Shown here piece by piece: positions 10,015-18,229 of a stretch of DNA of 25,632 bases. The first letter of the stretch is position 1. Each line of letters begins with the position of its first letter. Under the pieces are notes generated by a model. It was not told the DNA's origin and ran no database searches. It saw only the letters and a list, made by a program, of their open reading frames with translations. The stretch comes from Candidatus Firestoneibacteriota bacterium (GTDB taxonomy: Bacteria; Oederibacteriota; D2-FULL-39-29; JBDRBU01). The stretch is taken from positions 1 to 25,632 of the forward strand of contig JBDRBU010000024.1 of NCBI GenBank assembly GCA_043822305.1, read 5' to 3'. The position numbers were made by a program, and so were the translations under genes.

Positions 10015-10335
10015 TTAACCTCCTAGATAAGATTTCATAATATCCAGCACTTTCATTTCAGTAAATCTTAACTTCAGCAAAAAGCCATCTTCCAATTTAT
10101 CAACCCCTCGAATTTCTACTCTAATTTTTTCTAAAAAAGTATCATCTGGTAGTTTAAAAGATATAAAAATCTCAGTGCTTTTTCTAAATTGAAAAGATAA
10201 ATTACTTTTTACGCCCAGGCCTGAAGTACTTAGATCAATTGCTTTGGCTTGGCCTACAGGAACTTTTGTTGCGGAAAAAAGTTCAACATCAAAATCAACC
10301 GGCACCCTTTGAAACCTTCTTTTATCAAATATCAT
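10015..10335 (-). CDS. Single-domain PilZ protein
   Basis: RxxxR (KRRFQR) and DxSxxG (DLSTSG) c-di-GMP-binding signatures; AGGAGG RBS upstream. Confidence 0.8.
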   Translation of the reverse strand: MIFDKRRFQRVPVDFDVELFSATKVPVGQAKAIDLSTSGLGVKSNLSFQFRKSTEIFISFKLPDDTFLEKIRVEIRGVDKLEDGFLLKLRFTEMKVLDIMKSYLGG

Positions 10336-10401
10336 ACAAAAACCTCCTATTTCTATTCTCTTTTCTAATATAAAATGTCTATCTTTGCTCGCTTTTACCC
10401 C

Positions 10402-11028
10402 TTAAAATCTTTTATTACATTCTTCCCAGACCTCTCTTTCCAAACTATCTGCTTCTTTTAAAATTAAATTTATTTCTTTCATGATTTTATCTTTATATTC
10501 TTTGTCTTTCAAATAAAAGAAATTAATCTTTACATTTAAAAATGCTGACTTCATACTGCTTAAGGCTAATGTAGCTGATACACCTACATCACTTACTAAA
10601 TTCTTATTGCCTTTAATAAGCAAGGGCTTACAAATTAAAAGTATCCTATAACATATACTTATCATCTTATATGGGATTTCAGCGGCTTTTTTTAGCACTT
10701 CTTCTATGGCTTTATCCCTTTCTAAGATTTGAGAGTCAGTCTCCTTAGGCATTTTATAAGACTTTAAAACTAAGGTATAAGCCTCTGTATCAGCTTGCAT
10801 TAAATTTAAAAGTTCATCTCTTAATTTTACGGATTCGTTTAATAAATCCGAGCATTCTTTTTCAAACTCTTTATACTTCTCATGGCCAATTGTAAAATTA
10901 GCGACCATGCAATTCAAACTCGCTGCAATCGCACCCGTAAGTGCCGCCGCCGAACCTCCACCTGGAGCCGGAAGTTTGGCACTTAAATCTTTTATAAACT
11001 TTTCTATAGGTTCTTTAGAATATAACAT
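10402..11028 (-). CDS. Cyclodeaminase/cyclohydrolase family protein (FTCD C-terminal domain)
   Basis: PAPGGGSAAAL, GNKNLVSDVGV and NVKIN motifs. Confidence 0.92.
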   Translation of the reverse strand: MLYSKEPIEKFIKDLSAKLPAPGGGSAAALTGAIAASLNCMVANFTIGHEKYKEFEKECSDLLNESVKLRDELLNLMQADTEAYTLVLKSYKMPKETDSQILERDKAIEEVLKKAAEIPYKMISICYRILLICKPLLIKGNKNLVSDVGVSATLALSSMKSAFLNVKINFFYLKDKEYKDKIMKEINLILKEADSLEREVWEECNKRF

Positions 11029-12584
11029 TTTTTAAAAGAAGGCATAAGATCATTATCATCACTGACAACGACGATAATCCCCGCACCGGCGTATAATACT
11101 AAATCTTTTATATTTACAACATCTTGATTGTTCTTCCTAAAATATGTTATTCCAGTGATTGAAACAGGTAAATTACCAAATCCATTCTTTTCTAGGTACT
11201 CTATTTGTTTTTCTGCCCTTAAACTAAAGTTTATATTACTTTTTTCATGAATTTCTTTATATATAATTTTTATCTTTTCCTTTAAACTTAGATTAATATC
11301 GTATAAAGGCCTAAAGTAGCTCTTTTGCATTCTAACTATTTCTAAAACATTCTTTACAAATTCTAAATTTGATTGGACACTATTTTTTTTAAAACTTGAA
11401 AATACCACTCTCACTCCTAAGTTTGAGCAATATTTATCAATAAGTTTAACCTCATCACTATTAATACCTCTATCTTCATTAACATTCACTAAGACTGGAA
11501 CACCAAACTTTTTTATTATGTTTATATCTTTAATTAAATATTGAACTCCTTTTTCTAAACATTCCAAATTCTTCTCAAACATTTTCTCTTCTGCGGCACC
11601 ACCATAATAATTTAATTCGTTAACAAAAGTTGTAATAATCACCATATCTGGTTTAATCTCTGATTTTCTACAAGTAATATCCAAAAATTTCTCAATACTT
11701 AAGTTTACACAACCATCTAATTTTAAGACAACAAACTCCGCTAAATTTAAAGCAGTTTTTATCGCTAAAACATTTCCAGATGGTAATACTTCGCCATCCC
11801 CGGAAACACACAAAACAACTGGTTCACCATTTTTTGTTTGTATTAATGTTGGCTTCAAACTCTCTGTTAATAATAAACTAACCATATCCTGTATTTGCAA
11901 ATCCTTAATAGCTACTGGCCAACCTTCTTTTGTAGTGGCAACTATGACCTGGCTAATCCTGTCTTTCATTTCTTCAATGTTGGAAGATAATGAAACTATA
12001 GATGTAAGTTCAGAATTTAAAACATAATCAAATTTCTCTTCTCTGACTAAAACATTTGTTCTACTGTTGTCTAGACCCGTAACTATTTTTTTTAAGGTTT
12101 CATCAATAAAATTAAAAGATTTGTTCCATAAAATATTACAAGAATTTAAATTATTATTAAAGATTATTTGATTATTTAAATATGCAGAAATAAAATTATG
12201 CGCATATGATATACTGTTCATATTCTGCAAATTCACTAACAATATTTCCTTGGTGAATACATCAAAGTACGGTTTTCCTAATAAAATATTATCTAAGGTA
12301 ACTATTGGAGCACACAGTACTACTTTCTTTCTAAGAAGACCTAAAGATTGAACTAATCTTTCACAGACTAAAAGATGGCTATTCTTGTTATTTAAAATAG
12401 AGGGGGTCGACACAGATAATATAAGTTTACCTTGTGTTCTGTCTTTTAATTTATTTAAAGTTGCAAAACTTAGTTTAGCACTATACTTACCCATAGGTTC
12501 AAGGTCTTTCTTCCTTAAGTTCATCTTTGTACCTATTTCACCTATACATTTTAAACTATTTATATTGTCTTTTTTCTTTTTCAT
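11004..12584 (-). CDS. Highly diverged formate--tetrahydrofolate ligase (Fhs) homologue, probably inactive
   Basis: Colinear Fhs landmarks remain (GKYSAKL, GKLIL, AHN, LKPTLIQT, EKFLDITCR, FRPLY, GFGNLPV, AGAG), but the GEGKTT, HGGPFAN and TEAGFG motifs are absent. Confidence 0.8.
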   Translation of the reverse strand: MKKKKDNINSLKCIGEIGTKMNLRKKDLEPMGKYSAKLSFATLNKLKDRTQGKLILSVSTPSILNNKNSHLLVCERLVQSLGLLRKKVVLCAPIVTLDNILLGKPYFDVFTKEILLVNLQNMNSISYAHNFISAYLNNQIIFNNNLNSCNILWNKSFNFIDETLKKIVTGLDNSRTNVLVREEKFDYVLNSELTSIVSLSSNIEEMKDRISQVIVATTKEGWPVAIKDLQIQDMVSLLLTESLKPTLIQTKNGEPVVLCVSGDGEVLPSGNVLAIKTALNLAEFVVLKLDGCVNLSIEKFLDITCRKSEIKPDMVIITTFVNELNYYGGAAEEKMFEKNLECLEKGVQYLIKDINIIKKFGVPVLVNVNEDRGINSDEVKLIDKYCSNLGVRVVFSSFKKNSVQSNLEFVKNVLEIVRMQKSYFRPLYDINLSLKEKIKIIYKEIHEKSNINFSLRAEKQIEYLEKNGFGNLPVSITGITYFRKNNQDVVNIKDLVLYAGAGIIVVVSDDNDLMPSFKKCYILKNL

Positions 12585-12593
12585 AGAATAATC

Positions 12594-12657
12594 TATTTTT
12601 TAATTCCCCCTTAGTAAATATTTTTAATTCCCCCTTAATAAAGGGGGTTAGGGGGTT
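12594..12657. repeat. C-tract/G-tract palindromic repeat with partial tandem duplication
   Basis: TTTTTAATTCCCCCTTARTAAA occurs twice; CCCCCTT-AATA-AAGGGGG hairpin at 12630-12647 is followed by TTAGGGGGTT. Confidence 0.75.
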
Positions 12658-12665
12658 GTCCTAAT

Positions 12666-12694
12666 AGTATACAATATGATAACCTTTATGTAAA
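12666..12694 (-). promoter_or_regulatory. Likely sigma70 promoter of the fhs-like to mre run
   Basis: TTTACA (12694-12689), 17 bp, TATACT (12671-12666). Confidence 0.55.
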
Positions 12695-12768
12695 GAAAAA
12701 ATTCATATTTTCAAAAGTCTATAATTTTATGTATTATAGAGGTTGTCCCATAACTTCAATTTTGGTTG

Positions 12769-12791
12769 GTAGCCGCAAACTTTAGTTTGCG
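12769..12791 (+). repeat. GTAG-type REP-like hairpin
   Basis: GTAG-C-CGCAAAC-TTTA-GTTTGCG; same length and loop as the copies at 17234 and 21845. Confidence 0.8.
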
Positions 12792-12835
12792 TAATTCCTT
12801 ATATTACAAGCATCTTTTTAGCACAACTTCTTGCG

Positions 12836-13456
12836 TCAACCTTGCGTCAACTCGTATCTAATATATTTACCTGCTCCTTTCTTTCTAAAAACTCCTTTTT
12901 CTACCAATTCTTTTAATTCTTTATGAGCGGTAGTATGAGAAATCCGGTTGACTCTTACATATTCTTGCCTACTTATAGTTTTTTCTTCTACTACATACTT
13001 AATAGCCTTCCTTTGTCTTTCATTTATTTCTAACTTATGAAGTTTTTGTTTCTCAATCTCTTCCTCAAAAGATTTTCCTGGCCCAATTAAGGTAACTTCA
13101 AAACCACCAGAAAGGTTCTGAAATTCAGGTTCAGGTAAGCTGCTTTGTCTCATTTCATCAATTATCCTGTTTGTACCTTTACCCCACTGTTCAATAAATT
13201 TAATCAAGAATAATCTATCAGCAAGAAGTTTATTTCTCGGGATGGATTTGTGTTTTCTTTTTAGGTCTTGAGTGGTCAGTGGCTTGGGAAGTTCACCTGG
13301 ATTCCAAACTTCAATTCTATCATCGTAGATTGACAGTTGTATCTCTGCATTAGAAAAAGCACAGGTGGTCTCAACTATCTCTTTCCATTCCCCTACAGAT
13401 TCCTTCAACTCTATGATTTCTGATTCAGTTTTAGAAATTAGATTATTTAGCTCCAT
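12836..13456 (-). pseudogene. Internally deleted AlbA_2(Schlafen)-HATPase_c_4-wHTH (RecG-C-like) gene
   Basis: The first ~37 aa (ESEIIELKES...CAFSNA) are an AlbA_2 start, joined in frame directly to IYDDRIEVWNPG...PRN...IEQWGKG and a C-terminal wHTH. The usual middle region is absent. Confidence 0.75.
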
Positions 13457-13542
13457 TTAGTTTGCACTCCTATTCACGAGCAACTCATTCACCAATCCCA
13501 TCACCCGCTTTCGCATGGGGTAAAACCAGATTCGCGTATAAA

Positions 13543-13676
13543 TTGAGCGTATCCGAGCGTATTTGAGCGCATTCCGAGCGAATCTGAACAAAAAACCGAG
13601 CGTATTTTGAGCGCAATTCTTTAAAATGCATTGTTTTTCCTGTGTGTTTTTTCGCTCATTTTTTACGCTCATTTTT
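13543..13676. repeat. Phased array of YYGAGCG(T/C/A)A units with two inverted copies
   Basis: GAGCG at 13545, 13555, 13565, 13576, (GAACA 13586), 13598 and 13609; inverted CGCTCATTTTT at 13653 and 13666. Confidence 0.85.
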
Positions 13677-13685
13677 ATGATTACA

Positions 13686-14390
13686 TCAGCACAATACCTG
13701 AGATTTTACATATTTTATGTTTTTTCCGATGCCTTCCGTTTTAATCCTACCTTCTTTTTCCATCTTCTCTAATACGCGGTAAACTCTATTTCTGTCAGCT
13801 CCCAGAATTTCCCTGCAGCGGTCGTTTGAAATACTCCCCTCGCTGTCAATAATCGCAAGTATTTTTGCTTCTTGCTCAGCGCTGTTTAATTCCTGTTTTT
13901 TGGAAGCATCTTTGCCGTCATTTCCGGTTTTGCTTCTTGCCCTACCAATAAACAGACTCTTTGATCCGTAGGTTCCAACGACAACGGCAAATACCTGAAG
14001 CGCCGTTCTTTCCAGCTCAAAAGGCAGACGGGAAATCAAATGAAACCGTTCAATGGTAAGGCAGGCAAGATAAAGCAGTATCCACAAAGTCGTGATAATT
14101 TCCCCGCGTTTAAACCTGAGTATTTTTTCTTTTGCCACTTCCTCATCCGAACCATATGGGCTTTCCATCCATCTAACAAACTCCTTATACCCCGCATACC
14201 CGCTTAAAGCAATCAAGTAAATATTGCTAAACGCACCCGACGAATAAATGGTATTCTGCCTCCCAATAATCAAACAAACCAAATCCCAAAGTACAAATCC
14301 CCCATGAAGAATGGTAATGATAAGAGTCAGGTAAAAGAATTTTTCAACTCGTTCGTTTCTAATCTTGTCTCGGATCTCTAATTGTTCCAT
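13686..14390 (-). CDS. Hypothetical membrane protein (about 4 TM helices) with C-terminal winged-helix domain
   Basis: Four hydrophobic segments, a charged linker, then ILAIIDSEGSISNDRCREILGADRNRVYRVLEKMEKEGRIKTEGIGKNIKY (wHTH pattern); AGGAG RBS. Confidence 0.78.
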   Translation of the reverse strand: MEQLEIRDKIRNERVEKFFYLTLIITILHGGFVLWDLVCLIIGRQNTIYSSGAFSNIYLIALSGYAGYKEFVRWMESPYGSDEEVAKEKILRFKRGEIITTLWILLYLACLTIERFHLISRLPFELERTALQVFAVVVGTYGSKSLFIGRARSKTGNDGKDASKKQELNSAEQEAKILAIIDSEGSISNDRCREILGADRNRVYRVLEKMEKEGRIKTEGIGKNIKYVKSQVLC

Positions 14391-14429
14391 AAATGTTCTC
14401 CTATTTTTAAAGTGTCAATAATTACCTAT

Positions 14430-15344
14430 CTATCGGCCAATTTCTATCATTTTATCTATAGATTTCTTAGCCTTCTGTCTTATATCCTCTGACACTTTAA
14501 CTTCGTTTTTCATTTCTTCTAATGCCCATAAAACCTTTTCTAAGGTATTTTTCTTCATATTTGGACAAATGGCTAATTCCGATGCTGGATAAAATACCTT
14601 ATCTGGAAACTCTTTTCTTAATCTATGCAACATTCCAACTTCTGTTCCAACTATAATTTCTTTGGAAGATGTGGTCCTGGAAAACCTGAGTATACCTTCA
14701 GTAGAAGTAACTTCATCGGCCAGATCACATACCTCACCAATGCATTCTGGATGAACAACAACTTTAGCCTCTGGATGTTGTTCTTTCAATTTAATTATAT
14801 CTTGAGGTAAAATTTTCAAATGTGTCGGACAGTACCCATTCCAGAGTATTAAATCCTTTTTGGTCTTTTTGGCTACAAAAGACCCTAAATACTTGTCTGG
14901 AACAAATATTATTTCTTTATCAAGTAATTTTTCTACAATTTTAACTCCATTGGCTGAAGTACAACAATAATCACTTTCTGCTTTTACGAAAGCCGATGTA
15001 TTTACATATGAGACAACAACTGCATTTGGATGTTTACTTTTTAATTCTTTTAAATCCTTGGCCGTTATCATATCGGCCATTGGACAACCTGATGATAAAT
15101 CCGGGAGGAGTACAGTTTTATCAGGACAAAGTATAGAAGCTGTCTCAGCCATAAAATGCACACCACAAAAAACTATAACCTTTGCCTCTACTTTTGACGC
15201 AGATTGACTTAAACCTAATGAATCGCCTAAAAAATCGGCTAGACCCTGAACCTCGGGTAATTGATAATTATGGACTAAAAAAACGGCTTTTTTTTCTTTT
15301 TTTAACTTCATTATATCTGATATTAATTTCTCGTTTTTAAGCAT
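14430..15344 (-). CDS. nadA: Quinolinate synthase
   Basis: VHNYQ, GDSL, FCGVHFMAE, GCPMA, YCPTH, HPEC and CPNMK. Confidence 0.97.
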   Translation of the reverse strand: MLKNEKLISDIMKLKKEKKAVFLVHNYQLPEVQGLADFLGDSLGLSQSASKVEAKVIVFCGVHFMAETASILCPDKTVLLPDLSSGCPMADMITAKDLKELKSKHPNAVVVSYVNTSAFVKAESDYCCTSANGVKIVEKLLDKEIIFVPDKYLGSFVAKKTKKDLILWNGYCPTHLKILPQDIIKLKEQHPEAKVVVHPECIGEVCDLADEVTSTEGILRFSRTTSSKEIIVGTEVGMLHRLRKEFPDKVFYPASELAICPNMKKNTLEKVLWALEEMKNEVKVSEDIRQKAKKSIDKMIEIGR

Positions 15345-15705
15345 ACTCCTCCTTCATTTCTGATTCTTTCTGAAACCTGTTGTTTAGATTAAAAATATTC
15401 TGCAAATCAAATTCGAAAGAATTCTTATTTATTACAAAAAAAGAGGCATCGATAACATTATAAAGTGTTGCACCCCTTCCGCACCCGGAAGTGATTAATC
15501 TTTTATTTAACATTTTTTTTATAAACTTCACATCCTGGTTGGATTTCACATTTGCAATTCCTTTCTCTTCATCAATAGTTATACCCTCAATATCTCCTTT
15601 TTGTTTCAAAAAACCTTCCGCAAACAAAAATCCTACAGTTAAATATTTTAACTTAAAAGGCAGCACTAATAAAGTTACAATCTCAATATCATTTAATTCT
15701 ATCAA
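15337..15705 (-). pseudogene. fdhD: Fragment of formate dehydrogenase accessory sulfurtransferase FdhD
   Basis: LNDIEIVTLL...VGFLFAEG...ITSGCG match the FdhD N-terminal half. The extreme N-terminus and the whole TGGVH-containing C-terminal half are missing. Confidence 0.75.
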
Positions 15706-16756
15706 TTATTCCTCCGCCAAGAACCTCATCATTATCGTAAAACACCACCGATTGACCAGGGGTAATAGCCCATTGTGGCTTATTAAATTTTACAGAAATT
15801 CCATGATCAACTTCCAATATAGTTGCCTCAGCTTCATGAGCCTTATAACGAATCTTTGCTTTAATTTTCAATGGCTTACTTATTTTGTCTATACTTATTA
15901 AGTTTATATCTCTGGCCAACAAATACTCCAGATAAACATCTTCTTCAAATCCTGCGATGATTTCATTATTGTCACTATTTATATCGACTACATACAATGG
16001 TCTCTTTGAAGAAATACCCAAACCTCTTCTTTGCCCAATCGTATAGTTTACTATACCTTTATGCTTGCCTAAAACTTCTCCTTGGCTATTTATGATATTT
16101 CCTTCCTTCGGAATATATTTAAAATATTTCTCCAAAAATCCTGAATAATTTTTATTTTCAACAAAACATATATCCTGACTATCCTTTTTATTAGCTACCG
16201 GTAATTTTAACTTCTTAGCCATATTTCTAACTTCCAATTTTGTATAGTTATCTAAAGGCAACAAAGTCCTTCCTAAACTTTGCTGGGTCAGGACATAAAG
16301 AACATATGACTGGTCTTTATGTGTGTCTTTACCTTTTTTTAATAAATACTTATTCCTTTTGCCGTCGTATTCAATTTTAGCATAATGACCTGTGGCCAGA
16401 TACTCGCACTTTAGTTCTTTAACCTTTTGCCATAAAGCATCGAATTTTATATACTGATTACATCTAACACAAGGATTAGGTGTCCAACCAGAGATGTATT
16501 CGGTATAAAAATTGTTCATAACTTTTTTTTTAAAGATTTCTCTTAAATTCAAAACATAGTGTGGAATATCCAATATCTTTGCAACTTTTCTTGCATCTTC
16601 TATAGATGACAAAGAACAACACTCGCCAAAATTTTGCATTTCTAAGGGAATCAACTGCAAAGTAATACCAATTACTTCAAAACCTTTTTCCTTAAGCAAG
16701 GCTGCGGCTACAGAACTATCAACTCCTCCACTCATGGCAACTAAAATTTTCGACAT
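15689..16756 (-). CDS. mnmA: tRNA 2-thiouridine(34) synthase
   Basis: AMSGGVDSS, TPNPCVRCN, ATGHYA, KDQSY, DSQDICF and TPGQ. Confidence 0.97.
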   Translation of the reverse strand: MSKILVAMSGGVDSSVAAALLKEKGFEVIGITLQLIPLEMQNFGECCSLSSIEDARKVAKILDIPHYVLNLREIFKKKVMNNFYTEYISGWTPNPCVRCNQYIKFDALWQKVKELKCEYLATGHYAKIEYDGKRNKYLLKKGKDTHKDQSYVLYVLTQQSLGRTLLPLDNYTKLEVRNMAKKLKLPVANKKDSQDICFVENKNYSGFLEKYFKYIPKEGNIINSQGEVLGKHKGIVNYTIGQRRGLGISSKRPLYVVDINSDNNEIIAGFEEDVYLEYLLARDINLISIDKISKPLKIKAKIRYKAHEAEATILEVDHGISVKFNKPQWAITPGQSVVFYDNDEVLGGGIIDRIK

Positions 16757-16757
16757 T

Positions 16758-17204
16758 TTATTTATTTTCCCTTATAACACATTCTCCTTCATCATTCTTA
16801 TTATGTTCTGCCTTTAAATCTAATCCTTTTCCCGCGGTCTTTCTCAAATAATCATCTACAGCTTTTTTTAAGGCTTGTTCGGCTAAGACTGAACAATGCA
16901 TTTTAATCGGTGGTAATCCTCCTAAAGCTTCGGCTACAGCCAAATTTGAAACTTTTAATGCCTCTTCAATAGTCTTTCCCTTAACAAGTTCGGTAATCAT
17001 ACTGCTGGTGGCAATAGCCGCCCCACAGCCAAATGTTTTAAACTTAGCATCTATAATACGACCATCTTTCACTTTAATATAAAGTTCCATAATATCACCA
17101 CAGACAGGATTACCCACATGCCCAATACCATCTGGATTTTCTATCTCACCAACATTTCTTGGATTTCTAAAATGCTCCATCACTTTGCTACTATAACCTT
17201 GCAT
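16758..17204 (-). CDS. nifU: Fe-S cluster scaffold protein NifU/IscU
   Basis: HFRNPRNVG, GNPVCGD, FGCGAA and LPPIKMHC; AGGAGGT RBS 7 nt before ATG 17204. Confidence 0.93.
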   Translation of the reverse strand: MQGYSSKVMEHFRNPRNVGEIENPDGIGHVGNPVCGDIMELYIKVKDGRIIDAKFKTFGCGAAIATSSMITELVKGKTIEEALKVSNLAVAEALGGLPPIKMHCSVLAEQALKKAVDDYLRKTAGKGLDLKAEHNKNDEGECVIRENK

Positions 17205-17233
17205 TAAACTCACCTCCTAACTGGTATAAACTG

Positions 17234-17256
17234 GTAGTCGCAGGCTTTAGCCTGCG
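17234..17256 (+). repeat. GTAG-type REP-like hairpin
   Basis: GTAG-T-CGCAGGC-TTTA-GCCTGCG, identical to 21845-21867. Confidence 0.85.
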
Positions 17257-17271
17257 TATTGTATCGCTCTG

Positions 17272-18228
17272 TCATCTGTCCTCAAATCTTACATTTTCAG
17301 GAATCCTATTCCCTCTCATGTATTCATCAACAGACATTAGTTTTTTACCTTCGGGTTTTATCATTTTAATTATAAGACTACCATCAGAAGTAGATACTTT
17401 CCACCCTTTATTTTTTATACATTCTAAAATCTCGCCAGGCGTTTGAGTTAATTTCTTTCCTTCTTCCAAGATTTCACTTTTTAAAATCTTTATTGTTTTA
17501 CCATTTAGTTTACTACAAGCAGCTGGTTCTGGAGACAACCCTCTTATGAAATTAAAAATATCTCTTGACGAACTCTGCCAGTTTATTGATGTATCTTCTT
17601 TCTTAATCTTTGGTGCATAACTAACTTTTGTCTCATCCTGCTTAATTTTAGCCACTTTACCGTTTGTAACCAATTCTATAACATCCAATAGTTTGATTGT
17701 GCTAATATTTATTAATCTTTCCATCAAACTAAAAGCATCATCATCTTCTTTAATAGGTTCTTCTAACTGTAATATTATATCACCACTATCTAATTTTTCT
17801 TCTACATAAATTATAGATACACCTGTTTTTGTTTCTCCATTTATAATTGCCCAGTTTACTGGAGCAGCACCTCTGTATTTTGGTAAAAGTGAAAAATGAA
17901 CATTTATCGAGCCATATGTTGGAAGACTAAACAAACTCTTTGGTAATATTTGTCCAAACGAGACAACCACGCCTAAATCAATGTTAACTTGAGAAATTTC
18001 TTTTAAAAAATTTTCATCCTTACAAAACTTTGGCTGATAAACTTTCAGATTATTCAAATCCGCATATTCCTTAACTGGCGAACATGTAACTTTGTAACCT
18101 CTTCCTTTTGGTTTATCGGCTGATGTAACTACTTCAATAAACCCCGCACCTTCTGGTGCGTGACTTTCTACAAGTTTTTTTAAATATAAAACTGCTATAT
18201 CTGGAGTACCAAAAAATAAAATTTTCAT
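17272..18228 (-). CDS. fmt: Methionyl-tRNA formyltransferase
   Basis: FFGTP, DKPKGRG, INVHFSLLPKYRGAAP and LDSGD; follows def. Start is ATG 18228 or 18240. Confidence 0.96.
   Translation of the reverse strand: MKILFFGTPDIAVLYLKKLVESHAPEGAGFIEVVTSADKPKGRGYKVTCSPVKEYADLNNLKVYQPKFCKDENFLKEISQVNIDLGVVVSFGQILPKSLFSLPTYGSINVHFSLLPKYRGAAPVNWAIINGETKTGVSIIYVEEKLDSGDIILQLEEPIKEDDDAFSLMERLINISTIKLLDVIELVTNGKVAKIKQDETKVSYAPKIKKEDTSINWQSSSRDIFNFIRGLSPEPAACSKLNGKTIKILKSEILEEGKKLTQTPGEILECIKNKGWKVSTSDGSLIIKMIKPEGKKLMSVDEYMRGNRIPENVRFEDR
18138..18160. repeat. 23-bp palindromic element inside fmt
   Basis: TAAACCC-CGCACC-TTCT-GGTGCG, identical to 23711-23733; translated as HAPEGAGF in Fmt. Confidence 0.85.
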
Positions 18229-18229
18229 T

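Noticed and set aside
13543..13613. Possible CRISPR or mini-array
   Set aside because: Units are about 10 bp and contiguous, with no unique spacers and no cas genes.
13457..13672. 71-aa ORF over the GAGCG array
   Set aside because: No RBS or recognisable domain, and the repeat period is not a multiple of three; treated as non-coding.
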